From IMG/VR virus record IMGVR_UViG_3300032332_001057, positions 1-26,871 of that record: a stretch of DNA of 26,871 bases; one strand, written 5' to 3'. The notes beneath the pieces were generated by a model. The model saw nothing but the letters and a program-made list of their open reading frames with translations. It did not search any database and was not told the DNA's origin. Both the position numbers and the translations under genes were made by a program. Source of the DNA: a virus. Taxonomy: Duplodnaviria > Caudoviricetes. Shown here piece after piece: positions 22,911 to 26,871 of the stretch. Within the stretch, counting starts at the first letter, position 1; each line of letters opens with the position of its first letter.

Positions 22911-24230
22911 ATGCCACTCCGAACCTACGCACCAAACAGCCCGTTCCTCGTCGAAGACACGACCAGCACGATCGCCGCCGTGATGGGCCCGACGGGTGTC
23001 CAGCGGCTGTATCCGTACAGCATTCGTTCCACGACGGAACTGATCGCGATTGCGCCCGCAGCGACGTTCACCAGCCCGACCGTCGATGGCAACGGTGGTC
23101 TTGTGCGCCTGACGAGCGCGGGCGCGCATGGCCTTACGGCTGCCGTCGCCGTCGGCAAGTCGGTGTACATCACATGGTCCGCTGGCAATGCGCCGAGCGG
23201 ATATGCAGCCATCACCTCGGTGCCGACCGATACCTCGGGTCTCTTGTTCACCGTGAACCTGCCGTACGCGAGCAGCACCGTGACCGTGGGCATCACGAGC
23301 GTGACCGTGACGTTCGGCGCGTACAACCTCGTGTCGGGTCAGGTGACGGCGTCGCCGACCTATGGCGGGCCGATGGTCGTTCAGAAGTCGTCTCACGGCC
23401 TCACTCCTGGCGCGGCGCTTCGGTTCACGGCAGGTACGTCGCTTCCGTCTCCGCTTGCCGCAAGCACGACCTACTACGTCAACAGGGTGCTTTCGACAAG
23501 CGAGTTCACGATCTCGACCGTGCAGTACAACGGCGCCGACGTGTATCAGACGACCGCCACGGGCGACAACGGTTCGGGCACGTTCACCATGTATCCGATC
23601 ACGTCGTCGCTGACGTGGACCTCGCATGGCCGTTCGGTCGGCGATCAGATCCGTTTCACCACGGCGACCACGCTGCCGTCTCCGTTGGCGCTTGCCACGA
23701 CCTACTACGTCGTGAAGGTGGTCGATGCAAACACCTTGCAGATCGCCACGTCCGCGGGCGGCACTCCGATCGTGTTCACCGATGCGGGTACTGGCGCGCA
23801 CACCGCGACGCTGTACTACGGCACTCCGACCGTGACCCTTGCGGGCGGCACGTTCACGCTTGCGACCATTCCCGTTCCAGCGGGCTCGGTCACGCAGTTG
23901 GGCCGAATGGAAGTGAGCGTGCTGTACACGCTGTCGAACAGCGCGAACAACAAGACCTTCGTCGCGACCTATGGATCGGGACAGACGTTCCTGAGCACGG
24001 GCAACATCACGGGCGCAGGCTCCATCCAGTTGAACAAGGTTCTGATTCCCAACGGAACGGGAACGCTTGTCACTTCTGCGCAGGCGGCGACGGGACATGG
24101 TTCCTCTCCGAACGCGTTCACGACCCTGACTACGAACTACTCTGCTGCGCAGAACATCGTGCTGACCGCGACCATCGCGACGGCCAACGAATGGCTCGGC
24201 TACGAGTACTACGACATTGCCTGCGAATGA
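22911..24230 (+). CDS. Thr/Ser/Gly-rich head fibre/decoration protein with repeated beta-domains
   Basis: AHGLT, SHGLTPGAALRF..LPSPLAASTTYYV, SHGRSVGDQIRF..LPSPLALATTYYV; beta-rich C-terminal domain. Confidence 0.7.
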   Translation: MPLRTYAPNSPFLVEDTTSTIAAVMGPTGVQRLYPYSIRSTTELIAIAPAATFTSPTVDGNGGLVRLTSAGAHGLTAAVAVGKSVYITWSAGNAPSGYAAITSVPTDTSGLLFTVNLPYASSTVTVGITSVTVTFGAYNLVSGQVTASPTYGGPMVVQKSSHGLTPGAALRFTAGTSLPSPLAASTTYYVNRVLSTSEFTISTVQYNGADVYQTTATGDNGSGTFTMYPITSSLTWTSHGRSVGDQIRFTTATTLPSPLALATTYYVVKVVDANTLQIATSAGGTPIVFTDAGTGAHTATLYYGTPTVTLAGGTFTLATIPVPAGSVTQLGRMEVSVLYTLSNSANNKTFVATYGSGQTFLSTGNITGAGSIQLNKVLIPNGTGTLVTSAQAATGHGSSPNAFTTLTTNYSAAQNIVLTATIATANEWLGYEYYDIACE

Positions 24231-24231
24231 C

Positions 24232-24561
24232 ATGAGCAACTACGATCCCCTCGACATCAAGGCGCAGGAGCGCGGCAAGTCCGACAAGGACATGCAGGCG
24301 CGGCTGTTCCGCGAGTCGGAGGAATCGGACGTGAGATGGCTGATGGGAAACAAGCGCGGGCGCCGCATCGTGTGGCGCCTGCTGGACCAGAGCGGCGTGT
24401 TCCGCTCGTCGTTCAACGCCAACGCGATGCAGATGGCATTCGCGGAAGGCAACAGGAACTACGGGCTCCGCACGCTCGCGATGGTCCATGCGCTCTGCCC
24501 CGAGCAGTATCCAACCATGATGAAGGAAGCGACCAGTGAACGAACCAACAACGATGAGTGA
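24232..24561 (+). CDS. Bbp19-like head protein
   Basis: DVRWLMGNKRGRRIVWRLLDQSGVFRSSF..MAFAEGNRNYG; located just before the scaffold. Confidence 0.8.
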   Translation: MSNYDPLDIKAQERGKSDKDMQARLFRESEESDVRWLMGNKRGRRIVWRLLDQSGVFRSSFNANAMQMAFAEGNRNYGLRTLAMVHALCPEQYPTMMKEATSERTNNDE

Positions 24562-25204
24562 AGCCGCGCCAATCACAAGCGGCAACCCATCTAGTCCAAT
24601 GTCGGGCATACCCGCGGCGACGGCCGAGGCGTTGTACGGCGATCAGCAGAAGGCTTCGAGCGACCAGACGCAGGCGACGGCGGATGCCGCGCGCACTGCG
24701 GAGTCCAACGGCAACAAGACGGAGACGCCGAACGGCGCTCCCGAGAAGTACGAGTTCAAGGCTCCCGAAGGGCGCCAGTTCGACGCCGAGGTGATCACTT
24801 CATTCTCGGAAGTCGCCAAGGAACTCAACCTGTCGCAGGAAGCCGCGCAGAAGGTGCTTGACCGAGTCGCGCCGAAGATGGCCGAGCGTCAAGCCGCACA
24901 ACTCGAAGCGTTCCGTTCGCAGTGGACGGAGGCATCGAAGGCGGACAAGGAGTTCGGTGGTGAGAAACTCACCGAGAACCTGACCGTCGCTCGGAGGGCG
25001 CTCGACTCGTTTGGCACCCCCGAACTGCGCACCCTGCTCAACGAGTCTGGCCTGGGGAACCATCCCGAACTCGTTCGGTTCATGTTCCGCGCAGGTCAGT
25101 CGATTTCGGAAGACCGCTACGTCGGGTCGTCCACGGGCACAACCGCGTCGAAGGGCGCGCCCAAGGACTTCAACTCCGCCGCAGCGGCCTTGTATTCGTC
25201 TTGA
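24536..25204 (+). CDS. Capsid scaffolding/assembly protein
   Basis: Disordered N-terminus; APEKYEFKAPEG, AKELNLSQE.AQK, LLNESGLGNHPELVRFM..ISED; upstream of the major capsid protein. Confidence 0.85.
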   Translation: MNEPTTMSEAAPITSGNPSSPMSGIPAATAEALYGDQQKASSDQTQATADAARTAESNGNKTETPNGAPEKYEFKAPEGRQFDAEVITSFSEVAKELNLSQEAAQKVLDRVAPKMAERQAAQLEAFRSQWTEASKADKEFGGEKLTENLTVARRALDSFGTPELRTLLNESGLGNHPELVRFMFRAGQSISEDRYVGSSTGTTASKGAPKDFNSAAAALYSS

Positions 25205-25236
25205 TTTAGAACCACTAGCACAAGGACAGAATCAGA

Positions 25237-26265
25237 ATGGCAACCGCACTTTCAACCAACAACCTGACGCTCGCCGATTGGGCGAAGCGCACCGATCCAG
25301 ACGGTCGCATCCCGATCGTCGCCGAACTCCTCTCGCAGTCCAACGAGATCCTTGAGGACGCCGTCTTCAAGGAAGGCAACCTGCCGACGGGCGAGCGCGT
25401 CGTCATCCGTACGGGTCTTCCGACCGTGTACTGGCGCGCGCTCAACCAGGGCATCCCGAGCAGCAAGTCCACGACCGCGCAGGTCGATGAGGCTTGCGGC
25501 ATCCTCGAAGCCCGCTCCGAGGTTGACAAGGATCTCGCGATGCTGAACGGCAACACCGCTCAGTTCCGCCTGTCCGAGGACACCGCCTTCCTTGAGGCGA
25601 TGAACCAGACGCAGGCAAACACGATGTTCTACGGCAACCCCGCCACCGACGCCAAGCAGTACCTCGGCCTTGCGACGCGCTACGGCGCTCTCAGCGGCGC
25701 GGGCAACTCGCAGAACGTCATCAGCGCAGGCGGCGCGACGGCCACGTCGCAGACCTCGGTCTACCTCGTCGTGTGGGGCGACAACACCGTCTACTGCCCG
25801 TTCCCGAAGGGCAGCAAGGCTGGTCTCATCCACGAGGATCTCGGCGAGCAGACCGTGTACAACTCGGACGGCACCCGTCTTCAGGCGTACGCGACCCGCT
25901 ACCAGTGGAAGAACGGTCTCGTCGTCAAGGATTGGCGTTACGTCGTTCGCGTCTGCAACATCGAGCCGACCCTGCTGCTTGGTCAGTCGGGCGCTCAGGC
26001 GTCCACCGCGAGCACCGCGCTCATCAAGTTGATGGCGCGCGCTCTCTACCGCATCCCGAACATGAGCATGGGTCGTGCGTGCTTCTACATGAACCGCACC
26101 GTCCACAGCGGCCTGAGCGTCATGGCTCTCGACAAGAGCCAGTACGTCCTCAAGGTCAACGAAGGCCTGTCGCAGTTCGGCACTCCGTACTCGTGGCTGT
26201 CGTTCCTCGGCGTGCCGCTCCGTCGCGTCGATTCCATCCTCAACACCGAAGCAGTCGTCTCCTGA
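25237..26265 (+). CDS. Major capsid protein (BPP-1 Bbp17-like, HK97 fold)
   Basis: TLADWAKRTDPDG..IVAELLSQSNEILED, RTGLP..WRALNQG, GLVVKDWRYVVR, FLGVPLRRVDSILNTE. Confidence 0.95.
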   Translation: MATALSTNNLTLADWAKRTDPDGRIPIVAELLSQSNEILEDAVFKEGNLPTGERVVIRTGLPTVYWRALNQGIPSSKSTTAQVDEACGILEARSEVDKDLAMLNGNTAQFRLSEDTAFLEAMNQTQANTMFYGNPATDAKQYLGLATRYGALSGAGNSQNVISAGGATATSQTSVYLVVWGDNTVYCPFPKGSKAGLIHEDLGEQTVYNSDGTRLQAYATRYQWKNGLVVKDWRYVVRVCNIEPTLLLGQSGAQASTASTALIKLMARALYRIPNMSMGRACFYMNRTVHSGLSVMALDKSQYVLKVNEGLSQFGTPYSWLSFLGVPLRRVDSILNTEAVVS

Positions 26266-26292
26266 TAGACGACAAGAAGGGAACACGCACAC

Positions 26293-26799
26293 ATGATTTC
26301 CGACAACAATCTCCGCCTTTCGGGCACTGCGACCGCAGGGCAGGCATACACCAACACCGTAAGCGGCGTGTGGTACTCAACGAACGTCGTTGACCTCTCA
26401 TCTGGAACCAACGTCTCGGGCGGTACCACCACTTCGCAGAACCGCGACATCGGCGAAGGCGAAGACCTCTACGTCGTGCTCACCATCGGCACCCTGCCGA
26501 CGGGCGCGGCGGGATCGGTGACAACCGCAGAAGTCACCATCTCCACGAGCGCAACCGATGGTGGAGGCACCATCACCGTGCTGGGCACCACGTCGTTGGC
26601 GTACACGGGCATGATTGCAGGCCAGCAGTACGTCATGCGCATCAACCCGCAGTTGGGAACCCCTGGCGCCCGCTACCTTGGCGTCCGCTACACCAACAAC
26701 GCGACGGCGTGGACGGGCTCGGGCACGATCTTCGCCGATGTCGTCACCGACATCGCTGACAGCAAGAAGTTCTACGGCTCTGGCTTCACAGTCACCTGA
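26293..26799 (+). CDS. Capsid cement protein (Bbp16-like)
   Basis: MISDNNL.LS..STNVVDL..RDIGEGEDLYV..RYLGVRY..K.YGSGFTV; follows the major capsid protein. Confidence 0.85.
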   Translation: MISDNNLRLSGTATAGQAYTNTVSGVWYSTNVVDLSSGTNVSGGTTTSQNRDIGEGEDLYVVLTIGTLPTGAAGSVTTAEVTISTSATDGGGTITVLGTTSLAYTGMIAGQQYVMRINPQLGTPGARYLGVRYTNNATAWTGSGTIFADVVTDIADSKKFYGSGFTVT

Positions 26800-26818
26800 T
26801 CCGAAGGAGGATCCCTCA

Positions 26819-26871
26819 ATGAAGGTACGCGCTACAACCAAGTGCTACGTCGGCAACACCATCCGCGAGGA
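26819..26871 (+). CDS. Start of the next structural-module gene (3'-truncated)
   Basis: AAGGAGG RBS; MKVRATTKCYVGNTIRE runs off the window. Confidence 0.7.
   Translation, partial: MKVRATTKCYVGNTIRE

Noticed and set aside
19162-26292. Long ORFs 19162-21270 (-), 21942-24239 (-), 22454-24235 (+) and 25252-26292 (-)
   Set aside because: They overlap well-supported portal, decoration and capsid genes, and their Arg/His-rich composition is typical of off-frame translation of GC-rich DNA.

Overview
This GC-rich window is part of a tailed phage genome with a Bordetella BPP-1-like (podovirus-type) head module. In order it contains: the 3' part of a large internal virion/ejection protein; a tail fibre and accessory proteins; a holin/spanin-type lysis cassette with no visible endolysin; one reverse-strand gene; a ~550-bp hairpin-rich non-coding control region; small regulators; a long C5 DNA methyltransferase with a nested +1-frame gene; RusA, Bet and Gp157; an array of small orphan early genes behind repeated promoter-hairpin-RBS cassettes; then TerS, TerL, GNAT, portal, a ferritin/Dps-like protein, three head-spike/decoration genes, Bbp19-like, scaffold, major capsid and cement proteins. 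Five observations stand out. (1) The whole non-structural arm lies in the window, yet I see no initiator, primase, helicase, polymerase or integrase; there is instead a structured region with convergent promoters whose layout recalls a ColE1-type RNA I/RNA II origin (hypothesis). (2) A sigma70-like promoter/leader cassette family occurs at six sites. (3) The methyltransferase is dual-coded and multi-module. (4) Head-spike proteins appear to be built by nested domain insertion. (5) CCGG and AGCT appear to be strongly avoided. All family assignments come from motif recognition by eye; no database searches were run.
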